In this document: positions 19,947-29,226 of the stretch, piece by piece
Layout of the letters: every line of letters begins with the position of its first letter
How positions within the stretch are numbered: the first letter of the stretch is position 1
NCBI GenBank assembly: GCA_947501605.1
Contig: CANMWZ010000009.1
Coordinates: 52,893-116,892 of the forward strand
DNA length: 64,000 bases
Source: Planctomycetota bacterium
Lineage (GTDB): Bacteria > Planctomycetota > UBA1135 > UBA2386
Reading direction: 5' to 3'
Position numbers and translations under genes: made by a program
Notes under the pieces: model-generated
The model's database searches: none
Seen by the model: only the letters and a program-made list of their open reading frames with translations
Told to the model about the DNA's origin: nothing

Positions 19947-21773
19947 TCAGAAGCCGACGGTCCACTGGTTCACGTTCGACGTGATCGCGCCAAGCGGATT
20001 GACCGGAGCGACCAGCGCAACCTGGCTGCGGAGCTGCACGCCGGCAATGAACACGTCCATCGGCACCGGCACGGACAGCGAACCCGTCGGCGAGCCCGGC
20101 AGGGTCGCGAGCGGGAACTCGCTGAGGAAGTCCGTGTACAGGAAGCAACCTGGAGCCATTCCTGGGCCAGCGAGCGAATCGACGGTGATCGCCAGCGTCT
20201 GGCTGCCGATGATGAACGTCGCGAGGCCGATGTTGCTCGGCGGCGCACCGGCGAAGTTCATCGTCAGGGTCTGCCCAAGTGCCGCGCCGACACCGACGAC
20301 CACGTGGGTGAGCGGCGTGCCGCCACCGGTCACGCGGACCGGGCCGACGATGTTGGCGACGCCAGCGGTTGCCAGATCGCTATTCGCCTGGTTGGTTGCC
20401 GGCGCCTGCGGGGCGATGCCGACGACCGGCGGGCTCGCGGTGACGACGCCCGTCAGTGTGCCGTAGGACAACGTGATGTTGCCGCTCGCGAGGGTCATCT
20501 CGATCTGGAACGTCTGGCTGCCAGCGCCCTGGAAGAGCGGCACGTTCTGCCACGTCGCCATGAAGCGCGTCGCGGTGTTTTCGACGTAGATCGGAGCCGT
20601 CGAGTTGTTCGGCACGAGGTCCTTCCAGTAGCCCGAGATGCGCGGCAACACCGAGGTATGGAACGTCGGCACCGACGCATTGACCTGCTGGAGTGCGGAG
20701 TTGCCGAGCCAGATGTAGCCGTTGCTGCTCAGGGTGATCTGCGAGATCGCCTGGTTGCCAAACTGGAAGGTGCTCGCGAGGGTGAAGTTGTGCAGCGTGT
20801 CGTCTGAGGCGCTCGGCAGAATGGCGCCGGACGTCGCATAGTTGGCATCGAGGCCAGGGCCCTGTGCCGTCGTGTAGCTGTCCGCCGTGCGGGCGAACAG
20901 GACACTGCTGTTGGCGAGGTCGATGGGCCGCGCGCCAGCCGTCGCCGTGAATGCCTCGTAGAGGGAGACGTTTGGCTCCGGGCAGCCAGTGCCCGAGGCG
21001 ACCGGGGCTACGGCCATCGGGAAGATGGTGCCGCAGACAGGCAATGGGTTGCCGTTCGGCGTGTAGTTGATCGGCGGCGTCGTGTTGGGCGGCGCGTTCG
21101 GGACGAGATTGACGATGCGACCGACCATGTCGAACGGCGAAACACCGACATTGCTCGTGAACACCTCGTAGGCCGTCGAATCGAGGGCGCTCGCGGGCAG
21201 CGTCGGCGACCAGTTGACGGGGCTGGCCGGCGCGGTCGTGCCGCGGCTAAAGCCGACGATGTTGGTCACGTTCGGGATGTTGTGGGTGCCGGCGTAGTAC
21301 AGATGGATGCCGCCGGTCGAGGTCAGCACGCATTCCATGTTGGCGAAGATCGTGCTGCTGCCAAAGCGCGGGATGCCCTTCCAGATGATGTTGCATTGCG
21401 TCAGCGTCGTGTTGAAGAACACGCCGCCACCTGGAGGAATCACGGCGAAGTTGTCGGTGTCCCAATCACACCAATCGACGGCGATGCGAGCCGGGCGGGT
21501 GCGCAACTCGGCTTCCGTGGCCGAGAAGTCCGCGGGATCCACGACAGGAGCCGCGCCAAGCCAGATGAACCCGTTGGAACAAATGGTGATGAGGTTGGTC
21601 GAGCCGCCGTTGAACGGGAACGAGAACGGCAGCGCGACGGTGCGTACCGCATCGTCGGCGATCGGAAAGCCTGCGCCGGACGGTACGTTGGCGAACTGGA
21701 AGCACTGCGAGGTGGCGTCCTTGGCAAAAGCCAGTGCTGCCGCGGCAGTGACGAGGAACGAGATCTTCTTCAT
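19947..21773 (-). CDS. Secreted protein with two NIDO-like repeats and the shared C-terminal domain
   Basis: Signal peptide MKKISFLVTAAAALAFAKDATS|Q; duplicated DD...F.F.F.......SNG[FY]IWLG...RI...W.D; APGCFLY...SQ...TSN. Confidence 0.82.
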   Translation of the reverse strand: MKKISFLVTAAAALAFAKDATSQCFQFANVPSGAGFPIADDAVRTVALPFSFPFNGGSTNLITICSNGFIWLGAAPVVDPADFSATEAELRTRPARIAVDWCDWDTDNFAVIPPGGGVFFNTTLTQCNIIWKGIPRFGSSTIFANMECVLTSTGGIHLYYAGTHNIPNVTNIVGFSRGTTAPASPVNWSPTLPASALDSTAYEVFTSNVGVSPFDMVGRIVNLVPNAPPNTTPPINYTPNGNPLPVCGTIFPMAVAPVASGTGCPEPNVSLYEAFTATAGARPIDLANSSVLFARTADSYTTAQGPGLDANYATSGAILPSASDDTLHNFTLASTFQFGNQAISQITLSSNGYIWLGNSALQQVNASVPTFHTSVLPRISGYWKDLVPNNSTAPIYVENTATRFMATWQNVPLFQGAGSQTFQIEMTLASGNITLSYGTLTGVVTASPPVVGIAPQAPATNQANSDLATAGVANIVGPVRVTGGGTPLTHVVVGVGAALGQTLTMNFAGAPPSNIGLATFIIGSQTLAITVDSLAGPGMAPGCFLYTDFLSEFPLATLPGSPTGSLSVPVPMDVFIAGVQLRSQVALVAPVNPLGAITSNVNQWTVGF

Positions 21774-22062
21774 GGGGAGACCGGGTGAGACCGGGTGAGA
21801 CAAGCAAGCTCATCGGCACGCGTTCGCGTGCACCACGGGTGAGCAAGGGAGCGACAGGCTACATCTCGCTGGCAAGGTGCCTGGAAGCTCCGTGCCAACG
21901 AGCGAGCCGGCGCGTCGGGGGTTCATTCTGCAGCGCCGAAAACGCGGTCCCGGCGATCCGCCAGAATCGCCCGAGCTGGGCGCAAGAGCCAGTCGCGGAG
22001 GCTACGTGCTCGGCCAGTACACGTCGGCGGCGGCGCGCGCGGCGCGCACCGAGGCCTGCTTG

Positions 22063-23475
22063 CTACCCGTGCTTCTTCGGCACTTGGAAGATGTGCACAG
22101 CCATGTTGTGCACGGCTTCGGCCGCTTCCATCAACGCTTCGGGCAGCGTCGGGTGGGCGTGGATCGTCTGCGCGAGGTCGTTGACGGTCGCACCCATCTC
22201 GATTGCGAGCGCCGCTTCGGCGATGAGTTCGGTGACCTCGGGGCCGATCATGTGCACGCCGAGCAGCTTGTCGGTCTTGGCATCGCCGATGACCTTGACC
22301 CAGCCTTCGGTCTCGTTGAGCGACATGGCGCGACCCGAGGCGGCGAACGGGAACTTGCCTTCAACCGGCTCGAAGCCCGCCTTCTTGGCCTCTTCCATCG
22401 ACAGGCCGACCGACGCGATCTCGGGGTCGGTGAAGATCACCGCGGGGATGCACGCGGGGTCGTAGGCCGCACCCTTGTCGCCGCTGATTGCCGCCGCCGC
22501 GATGAGGCCTTCGTGGGAACCCTTGTGCGCCAGCATCGGCTGACCGGCGACGTCGCCGATCGCGTAGATGCCTTGCACGTGGGTCTGGCGCCGGTGGTCG
22601 ACGGTGATGAAGCCGCGCTCGTCGACCTTCACGCCGACGGCCTCGAGGCCGAGGCCCTTGCCGTTCGGCTTGCGGCCGACGCAGGACAGCACGACATCGC
22701 ACTCGAACGTCTGCGGCTTGCCTTCGACTTCGGCGGTGACCTCGATGCCGGTCTTGGTCTTCTTGAAGCCCGTGGCCTTGGTCTTCAGGAACACCTCGAT
22801 CTTCTTCTTCTTGAGCGAGCGGCCCATCTCCTTGGACAACTCCTCTTCCATGCCCGGCAGCACGCGGTCCATGAATTCGAGCACGCGGATCTCGGTGCCG
22901 AGCTTGTGGTAGACGAGGCCAAGTTCGAGGCCGATGTAGCCGCCGCCGATGACGATCATGCGCTTGGGCAACTGCTTCGGTGCAAGCGCGTGCGTGCTCG
23001 ACCAGACGCTGTCGCCGTCAAAGGCGAAGCCCGGCACTTCGATCGGGGTCGAGCCGGTAGCGATCACGAGATTCTTGGCTTCGAACGTCTTCGTGCCGTC
23101 CTTGCTGGTGACCTCGACCTTGTTCTTGCCGGTGACCATGGCATTGCCCATGTGCACGTCGACCTTGTGGTTCTTCAGCAGGCCGCCGACGCCCGAGGTC
23201 AGCTTGTTGACGATGCCGGCCTTCCACGCGACGAGCGCACCGACGTCGAGACCTTCGTACTTGGCCTTGATGCCCATCAGGTCGGCATGCTGGATCTTGT
23301 CGATCAGCTTGCTGGCGGCGATCAGGGCCTTGCTCGGGATGCAGCCGACGTTGAGGCAGACGCCGCCGAGGTTCTCCTTTTCCACGATCGCGGTCTTGAG
23401 ACCGAGCTGGGCACAGCGGATGGCGCAGACGTAGCCGGCAGGGCCGGCGCCGAGGATCAAGACGTCGTAGGTCAT
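22063..23475 (-). CDS. lpdA: Dihydrolipoamide dehydrogenase
   Basis: GAGPAG, GGVCLNVGCIPSK, GGGYIG, LAHK, HAHPTLPE. Confidence 0.97.
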   Translation of the reverse strand: MTYDVLILGAGPAGYVCAIRCAQLGLKTAIVEKENLGGVCLNVGCIPSKALIAASKLIDKIQHADLMGIKAKYEGLDVGALVAWKAGIVNKLTSGVGGLLKNHKVDVHMGNAMVTGKNKVEVTSKDGTKTFEAKNLVIATGSTPIEVPGFAFDGDSVWSSTHALAPKQLPKRMIVIGGGYIGLELGLVYHKLGTEIRVLEFMDRVLPGMEEELSKEMGRSLKKKKIEVFLKTKATGFKKTKTGIEVTAEVEGKPQTFECDVVLSCVGRKPNGKGLGLEAVGVKVDERGFITVDHRRQTHVQGIYAIGDVAGQPMLAHKGSHEGLIAAAAISGDKGAAYDPACIPAVIFTDPEIASVGLSMEEAKKAGFEPVEGKFPFAASGRAMSLNETEGWVKVIGDAKTDKLLGVHMIGPEVTELIAEAALAIEMGATVNDLAQTIHAHPTLPEALMEAAEAVHNMAVHIFQVPKKHG

Positions 23476-23630
23476 GGTTGGAGGGCGAGCAGGATACGAC
23501 CGCAGGAACCGCAGTAAAGGGCGGCGGCACAGCGGCGGGCGAGAACCGGAGCGGTAGGGGCCGCCAGTCTTCGCCGAGGCCTCATGCCGAGTTGCTCTGG
23601 GCCTCGTACGCAGCGATTCGAATGACCGTC

Positions 23631-24701
23631 ATGCGCACGATCCTCACTGCTTGTCTGGGCCTGCTCGCCATGCCGATGTCGACCTGCGACCTCGCGGCGC
23701 AGGCAAACGTCGCGGTCCTGCCCGCCGCTGCCGACACCACGCTCTACGAGGATGCTGCCGGCGCGTTCGCCAATGGCGCCGGGGAGGGGTTCTTCGTCGG
23801 GCTCATCGCCAGCGGGCTGAAGCGCCGCTCGCTGGTGCGGTTCGATCCCGCGGCTGCGATCCCCGCTGGGGCTCGCATCGTCTCGGTCGAACTCGTGGTG
23901 CAGGTCTCGCGCGGCTTCGCGCAGAACCTGGTTCCCGTCGCACTGCATCGCGTGACTTCGTCGTGGGCCGAGGGACCTTCCGATGCGACCCTGTTCCGCG
24001 AAGGTCAGGGCATTCTCGCGGTCGCCGGCGACAACACCTGGCTGCACCGGAGCTTTGCCACCTCGTTTTGGAATGCGCCCGGCGGCGACTATGACCCGGT
24101 TGCGAGCGGCGTGGGCTTCACGCCTCCGCTCGGTCGCGTGACGTTTGCCTCGACCAATGCGATGACGACCGACGTGCAGCAATGGCTCGATGCACCGGCG
24201 ACCAACTTCGGCTGGCTCCTGCGCACCGACGAGTTGGTGCCGCAGGAAGCTCGCCGCTTCGAAAGCCGGACGACCAGCGTCGTCGGCACCAGCCCTGCCT
24301 TGATCGTCCGCTGGCTCGCGGCGGGCACGGCCACCAGTTTCGGCGTCGGTTGCGGCGCGCCGGTGCCCTCCCTCGCGGTGGCGGGCTCGTTCCAGGTCGG
24401 GGGCACGTTCACGTGCGTCGTCCAAGGCAACCCGTTCGCGGTCTCGATCCTGCTCTACGAACTGTCGTTGCAGCAGCCCGCACCCGAAGTCTTCCCTGGG
24501 TGCGCCTTCTACCTGCCGGTCTCCGCGGTATCGCCTGGGCTGCAGTTCCTCGATGGCGCCGGCCAGGCGAACACCAGCTTCGCCGTGCCGTCGTCGCCGG
24601 TCTTCGCCGGGCTCCCGCTCGCATTCCAGGCGGTCGTGTTCGATGCTTCTCAGCCGTTTGGAGTCGGGTTCACCAACGCGCTGTTGCTGGTGCTGCTGTG
24701 A
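23631..24701 (+). CDS. Secreted DNRLRE-like domain protein with the shared C-terminal domain
   Basis: Signal peptide ...LAA|Q; ADTTLYE, RSLVRFD, W.EG, W..PGGDY, VQQWLD...NFGW; C-terminal GVGC...FPGC...FQ..VFD...TNAL (alternative start 23622). Confidence 0.8.
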   Translation: MRTILTACLGLLAMPMSTCDLAAQANVAVLPAAADTTLYEDAAGAFANGAGEGFFVGLIASGLKRRSLVRFDPAAAIPAGARIVSVELVVQVSRGFAQNLVPVALHRVTSSWAEGPSDATLFREGQGILAVAGDNTWLHRSFATSFWNAPGGDYDPVASGVGFTPPLGRVTFASTNAMTTDVQQWLDAPATNFGWLLRTDELVPQEARRFESRTTSVVGTSPALIVRWLAAGTATSFGVGCGAPVPSLAVAGSFQVGGTFTCVVQGNPFAVSILLYELSLQQPAPEVFPGCAFYLPVSAVSPGLQFLDGAGQANTSFAVPSSPVFAGLPLAFQAVVFDASQPFGVGFTNALLLVLL

Positions 24702-24814
24702 CGGCCACAGCGGCCCTCTGCTGACGCGGCGGCAGGGTGTAGTGCGCGGCCGGGACGACCATTTCGGCGAACTCGGAGACGTTCGCCCTCCGGTTCGTAT
24801 CATCCCGCCTTCCG

Positions 24815-27172
24815 ATGGAACTCCGCGCCCGCTGGTTGTCCCTTCTTGTCCTCTTCGCTCTGTTGCCGGCCGCGCTTTCGGCCCAGGGTTCGGTCAAGCT
24901 CAGCGCTGCCTTCGAGCCCGCGAGCGCCAAGCCAGGGGACTCGGTGACGCTGAAGCTCACCGTCGAAGTGTCGCCCGGTTACCACGCCTACGGCACCAAG
25001 GAACCGACCAACGTCCCGGTGTCGATCGACCCGTCGACGTGGCAGCTGGTGGGGCTCGAACTCGACGGCGCCGCCAAGATCCCGCCCGGCAACAAGGCCA
25101 CCGCGTTCGGCCTCGACACCTACCCGTTGCCCGAGGTCTTCGTGGTGACGCAGGCGCTGAAGGTCAAGCAGGACGCGGCGGGAGAGATCGCCGCCAGCGC
25201 CACGTTCGGGTTCCAACTGTGCGACGAGAACGCCTGCGAGATGCCGAGCAGCGAGCCGTTCACGGCAAAACTGACGATCGCTGGCAGCGCCCCCTCCACG
25301 GCTGGCAACGCAGTCTCCGTGCCCAGTGCAGGGGCGGCCCAGGACCCAAAGCCGAAGCCCGCGGCGAAGCAAAAGCGCTTCCGCTCCAAGGACGGGCGCA
25401 TCACGATGACAGTGGCCTGCACCCCGCAGCCAGCGCGCCCGGGCGAGTCGGTCACGCTCACGATCGAGGCCGAGGTCGAAGAGGGTTTTCACGCCTACGG
25501 CACCAAGGAGCCGACCAACCTGCCGGTCAAACTCGATGCGGCGAAGTGGCAGCTTCAAGGGATCGAGACCGATGGCGCGGCGGTGATCCCCCCGGGTGAG
25601 GAGGCTGAGGCCTTCGGCATCAAGACCTATCCGCTGCCGCACGAGTTTCGCGTCACCCAGAAGCTGCGGGTGAAGGCTGACCAGGCGGCGGGGACGGCGA
25701 CGATCGAGGGCGAGTTTGGCTATCAGGTTTGCGACGAGAATGGCTGCGAGATGCCCCAGGTCGTCCCGTTTGCGATCGACCTGCCGATCGAAGCTGGCAC
25801 CGCGCGTGCCGCGGCCCCGGCCGCGGCGCCGGTAGACGAGGACTCCGAGGACGGTTCGCTGTGGGCGCTCCTGCTCGCGTGCATCGGCGGCGGCCTGTTC
25901 GCCCTGGTCATGCCATGCACCTACCCGATGATCCCGATCACGTTCAGCTTCTTCACCAAACAGGCCGACGCGCGCGGCGGCAAGGTGATGTCGCTGGCGC
26001 TGGCCTATGGCTTTGGCATCGTCGCGATGTTTGCGGCGATCGGCGCGCTGGCCTCGGCCCTGGGGGGCTACATCGTTCCGTTCGCCGCACACTGGGTCAC
26101 CAACGCGGTGATCGGCACGGCCTTCGTGGTGTTCGGCCTGTCGCTGCTCGGCGTGATCACACTGCAGCCGCCGCGCTTCCTGACCGACGCCGCGGGTAAG
26201 TCGCGCACGGTCGGCGGGCTCGTCGGCGTGTTGCTGATGGGGGCGACGCTGGTGATCAGTTCGTTCACGTGCACGGCGCCGGTGGTGGCGCTGTTGTTGG
26301 TGCCAGCGGTGCAGTCGGGCGAGGGCTTCCGGCCGATGCTCGGCATGGCCACGTTCGGCGCGACGATGGCGCTGCCGTTCGTGTTGCTGGCGCTGCTGCC
26401 AGGCCGGGTGAAGAAACTGCCGCGCTCGGGCGAATGGATGAACACCCTGAAGGTCTCGCTCGGCGTCGTCGAACTCGCCGCGGCATTGAAGTTCTTCAGC
26501 AACGCAGAGTACGTGCAGGACCTGCACGTGCTGCCGCGCGAGGTCTTCTTCGGGATCTGGATCGCTCTGTTCCTGGCCCTCGCCGTCTATCTGTGGGGCC
26601 TCGTGCCGCGCACGAAGGTCGGCAACGGTCGTCGCGTCGGTGGCTTGGCCAGCGCGTGGTTCGCGGCCTACTGCCTGTATGGCGCGCTTGGCTATCCGCT
26701 CGACTTCGTGATGAACGCGTTGGCGCCGGCCTACGGGGCGCGCGACATCTCGCGCCACGAACTCGTGGTCGACGACTACGAGAAGGCTCGCGCGTTGGCG
26801 CTCACGCAAGGCAAGCTCCTCTTGGTCAACATCACGGGATTCACCTGCGCCAACTGCCGCATGGTCGAGCGCGGGATCCTGCCGGCCTTGGCGATCGCTC
26901 CGATCCTCGAGCAACACTTCGTCGAAGCGCGCCTGCACATGGACAACGAGTCCGTGATCGAACCGACTCGATGGGCGCGACAGGTGAAGCTGCGCGACGA
27001 ACTGGTGCAAGGCCGCGTCACGACGCCGATCTACTGCAGCGTCGACCCGAAGACCGGCAACCTGATCGTCGCGCACGTGCTCAAGGGCGGACCCGGTGCG
27101 TGGGAGCAGGGCTACCTCGCGTTCTTGACCCAGTCGCTCGCGGCCTCGGGTCGGTCCATGGCGACGAAGTGA
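24815..27172 (+). CDS. dsbD: DsbD-family thiol:disulfide interchange protein with a duplicated N-terminal domain
   Basis: Two Ig-like N-domains ending CDEN[AG]CEMP; TM domain with MPCTYPMIPIT and FTCTAP; thioredoxin domain TCANC. Confidence 0.88.
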   Translation: MELRARWLSLLVLFALLPAALSAQGSVKLSAAFEPASAKPGDSVTLKLTVEVSPGYHAYGTKEPTNVPVSIDPSTWQLVGLELDGAAKIPPGNKATAFGLDTYPLPEVFVVTQALKVKQDAAGEIAASATFGFQLCDENACEMPSSEPFTAKLTIAGSAPSTAGNAVSVPSAGAAQDPKPKPAAKQKRFRSKDGRITMTVACTPQPARPGESVTLTIEAEVEEGFHAYGTKEPTNLPVKLDAAKWQLQGIETDGAAVIPPGEEAEAFGIKTYPLPHEFRVTQKLRVKADQAAGTATIEGEFGYQVCDENGCEMPQVVPFAIDLPIEAGTARAAAPAAAPVDEDSEDGSLWALLLACIGGGLFALVMPCTYPMIPITFSFFTKQADARGGKVMSLALAYGFGIVAMFAAIGALASALGGYIVPFAAHWVTNAVIGTAFVVFGLSLLGVITLQPPRFLTDAAGKSRTVGGLVGVLLMGATLVISSFTCTAPVVALLLVPAVQSGEGFRPMLGMATFGATMALPFVLLALLPGRVKKLPRSGEWMNTLKVSLGVVELAAALKFFSNAEYVQDLHVLPREVFFGIWIALFLALAVYLWGLVPRTKVGNGRRVGGLASAWFAAYCLYGALGYPLDFVMNALAPAYGARDISRHELVVDDYEKARALALTQGKLLLVNITGFTCANCRMVERGILPALAIAPILEQHFVEARLHMDNESVIEPTRWARQVKLRDELVQGRVTTPIYCSVDPKTGNLIVAHVLKGGPGAWEQGYLAFLTQSLAASGRSMATK

Positions 27173-27307
27173 CGCGAGCCGGCGAGGCGAATGCCGTGCG
27201 CGTCCGAATGCTGCGGACGCGACGTATCGATCCTGTACCTGCGCCGGCGATTCGCGGCTTTTGTCGGCAAGCCACCTAAGTTCTTCCTCCCTGCTGTTCC
27301 ACCGCCC

Positions 27308-29146
27308 ATGAAACCAAACCTAGGTCTAGCTGCGCGCCTCTTCGCTGCAGCTGCTCTCGCCTCGATCTCTCCCGTTGTGCTCGCCCAGGCCGAGCCCGCG
27401 CTGTTGCAGCAGGGTGCCAAAGCTCCTGACTTCGTCAGCCTCACACTCGCGGGCAAAGAAGTGCGGCTCGCCGACTACGCCGGCAAGGTCGTGGTGCTCG
27501 ACTTCTGGGCGACGTGGTGCGGACCGTGCATCGCCTCGTTCCCACATGTCGAGGCGGTGGCCAAGGCACATCAGAACGACGGCGTCGTCGTGCTCGCGGT
27601 GTGCACCAGCGACACCCGCGCGAAGTTCGAGGAGTGGGTCAAGACGAAGGGTGCCGAGTACCCGAACCTTGTGTTCACCTGCGATCCCAAGGAACGCGGT
27701 TCGGACGAGTTCGAGCAGCGCGCATCGCAAGCGCTCTACCACGTGAAGGGCATCCCGACGAAGTTCGTCATCGGCAAGGACGGCATCATCGCGATGGCGA
27801 TGGTCGGCCACACCGACGACGACGCGCGGCTCGAAGCCGGGCTCGCTCGCGCTGGCATTCAGGTCGAGGTTGCGACCAAGGCACGCGGCGAGGAGCAGGC
27901 TGCGGCAAGCGCCGCCAAGGCCGCCGCCGAAGCGAAGCGACTCGCTGACAACCCGCCGCCGCCGTTCTACCCGACGTTTGGTTCGATCAAGCACGGCGAG
28001 CCGATGCCGGACTTCACGTTGGTCGGCACCGATGGCAAGGAGTTCACCCTGTCGTCATTGCGCGGCAAGCACGTCGTCATCGGCTGGGGCTGGGAAGATG
28101 CGCTGCCCCGGCAGGTGCTCAACGAGATCCAGACCACCTACGCGGCCTACGGCGTGCAGTGCGTCGGCGCGATGGTGATGACCGATCGGACGACCTACGA
28201 CTCGTGGCTGCAGAAGTACAAGGCGGATCTGAAGTTCCAGATGGGCTACGACCCAGCGGGCAAAGCCACCGACGCGAGCGGCGCCACCACCGACGAATCG
28301 CGCGCCGCGTGGGACAAGGTCGCGGTGATCCGCAAGTTCTTCAAGGGCAACATGCTGCCGGCGATGCCGGCGTTCGTCGCCTGCGACCAGGACGGCGAGA
28401 TGCTCGGCAGCTTCTCGGGGCGCAACTGGCAGGAAGCGATGGGCAATCTGTTGCTGCGGTCCGGGGTCCCGCTCGAGGCCGCGCACCGGCCGAAGGTCGT
28501 GGTCAAGCCGGAGGCCTTCGTGGTGCCGGCTCCGCGCGCACCCGAAGCCAAGGTCGAACGGATCGAGGTAGGCGCGATGGCGCCCGACTTCGCGATGGTC
28601 ACGACCGACGGCAAGGCAATGAAGCTGTCCGACTACCGCGGCAAGATCGTCGTGCTCGACTTCTGGGCGACGTGGTGTGGACCGTGTGTGGCGGCGATGC
28701 CGCACGTGCAGGAGCTCGCCGATCATTACCGCGACCAGGGTGTCGTGGTGCTCGCATCGTGCACCAGCGACGAGCGCAAGAAGTTCGACGACTGGGTGGC
28801 GCAGCGCACGCAGGAGTTCCCCGACGTGGTGTTCGCGATCGATCCGCAGGAGAAGAGCCAAGAGCGCGCGTCGCGCAAGCTCTACGGCGTGAGCGGCATC
28901 CCGCAGCAGTTCGTCATCGACAAGGACGGCAAGATCGTCGCCGAGGTCTCCGGCTACATGAAGGGCGAGGTGCTGCTCGACGCGGCGTTGGCCAAGGCCG
29001 GGGTGAAGGTCGAGGACGCTGTGCTGGAGCAGGCGAAGAAGGACCAGTCCGGGCGCGATGCGCGCAAGAGCGAGTCGAAGCCGGCGATGCCGTTGAAGGC
29101 GCCAGGGTCCGTGCCGATGAAGCCGCTGACGCCCGGCGGCGGCTGA
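27308..29146 (+). CDS. Secreted TlpA-like protein with three thioredoxin-fold domains
   Basis: Signal peptide ...VLA|Q; DFWATWCGPC in domains 1 and 3; middle PDFTL domain lacks CXXC. Confidence 0.88.
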   Translation: MKPNLGLAARLFAAAALASISPVVLAQAEPALLQQGAKAPDFVSLTLAGKEVRLADYAGKVVVLDFWATWCGPCIASFPHVEAVAKAHQNDGVVVLAVCTSDTRAKFEEWVKTKGAEYPNLVFTCDPKERGSDEFEQRASQALYHVKGIPTKFVIGKDGIIAMAMVGHTDDDARLEAGLARAGIQVEVATKARGEEQAAASAAKAAAEAKRLADNPPPPFYPTFGSIKHGEPMPDFTLVGTDGKEFTLSSLRGKHVVIGWGWEDALPRQVLNEIQTTYAAYGVQCVGAMVMTDRTTYDSWLQKYKADLKFQMGYDPAGKATDASGATTDESRAAWDKVAVIRKFFKGNMLPAMPAFVACDQDGEMLGSFSGRNWQEAMGNLLLRSGVPLEAAHRPKVVVKPEAFVVPAPRAPEAKVERIEVGAMAPDFAMVTTDGKAMKLSDYRGKIVVLDFWATWCGPCVAAMPHVQELADHYRDQGVVVLASCTSDERKKFDDWVAQRTQEFPDVVFAIDPQEKSQERASRKLYGVSGIPQQFVIDKDGKIVAEVSGYMKGEVLLDAALAKAGVKVEDAVLEQAKKDQSGRDARKSESKPAMPLKAPGSVPMKPLTPGGG

Positions 29147-29226
29147 GAACGGGCGGCGGTCCCTGCCGCTACCTGCCGTCGCCTTCCATCCCGGCGTTTC
29201 CCCGCGGCAGGCGTCTTCTCCGCAGG

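Noticed and set aside
21777..21801. GAGACCGGGT x2.5 tandem upstream of the NIDO-like gene
   Set aside because: Only two full units; no evidence for phase variation or a binding site.
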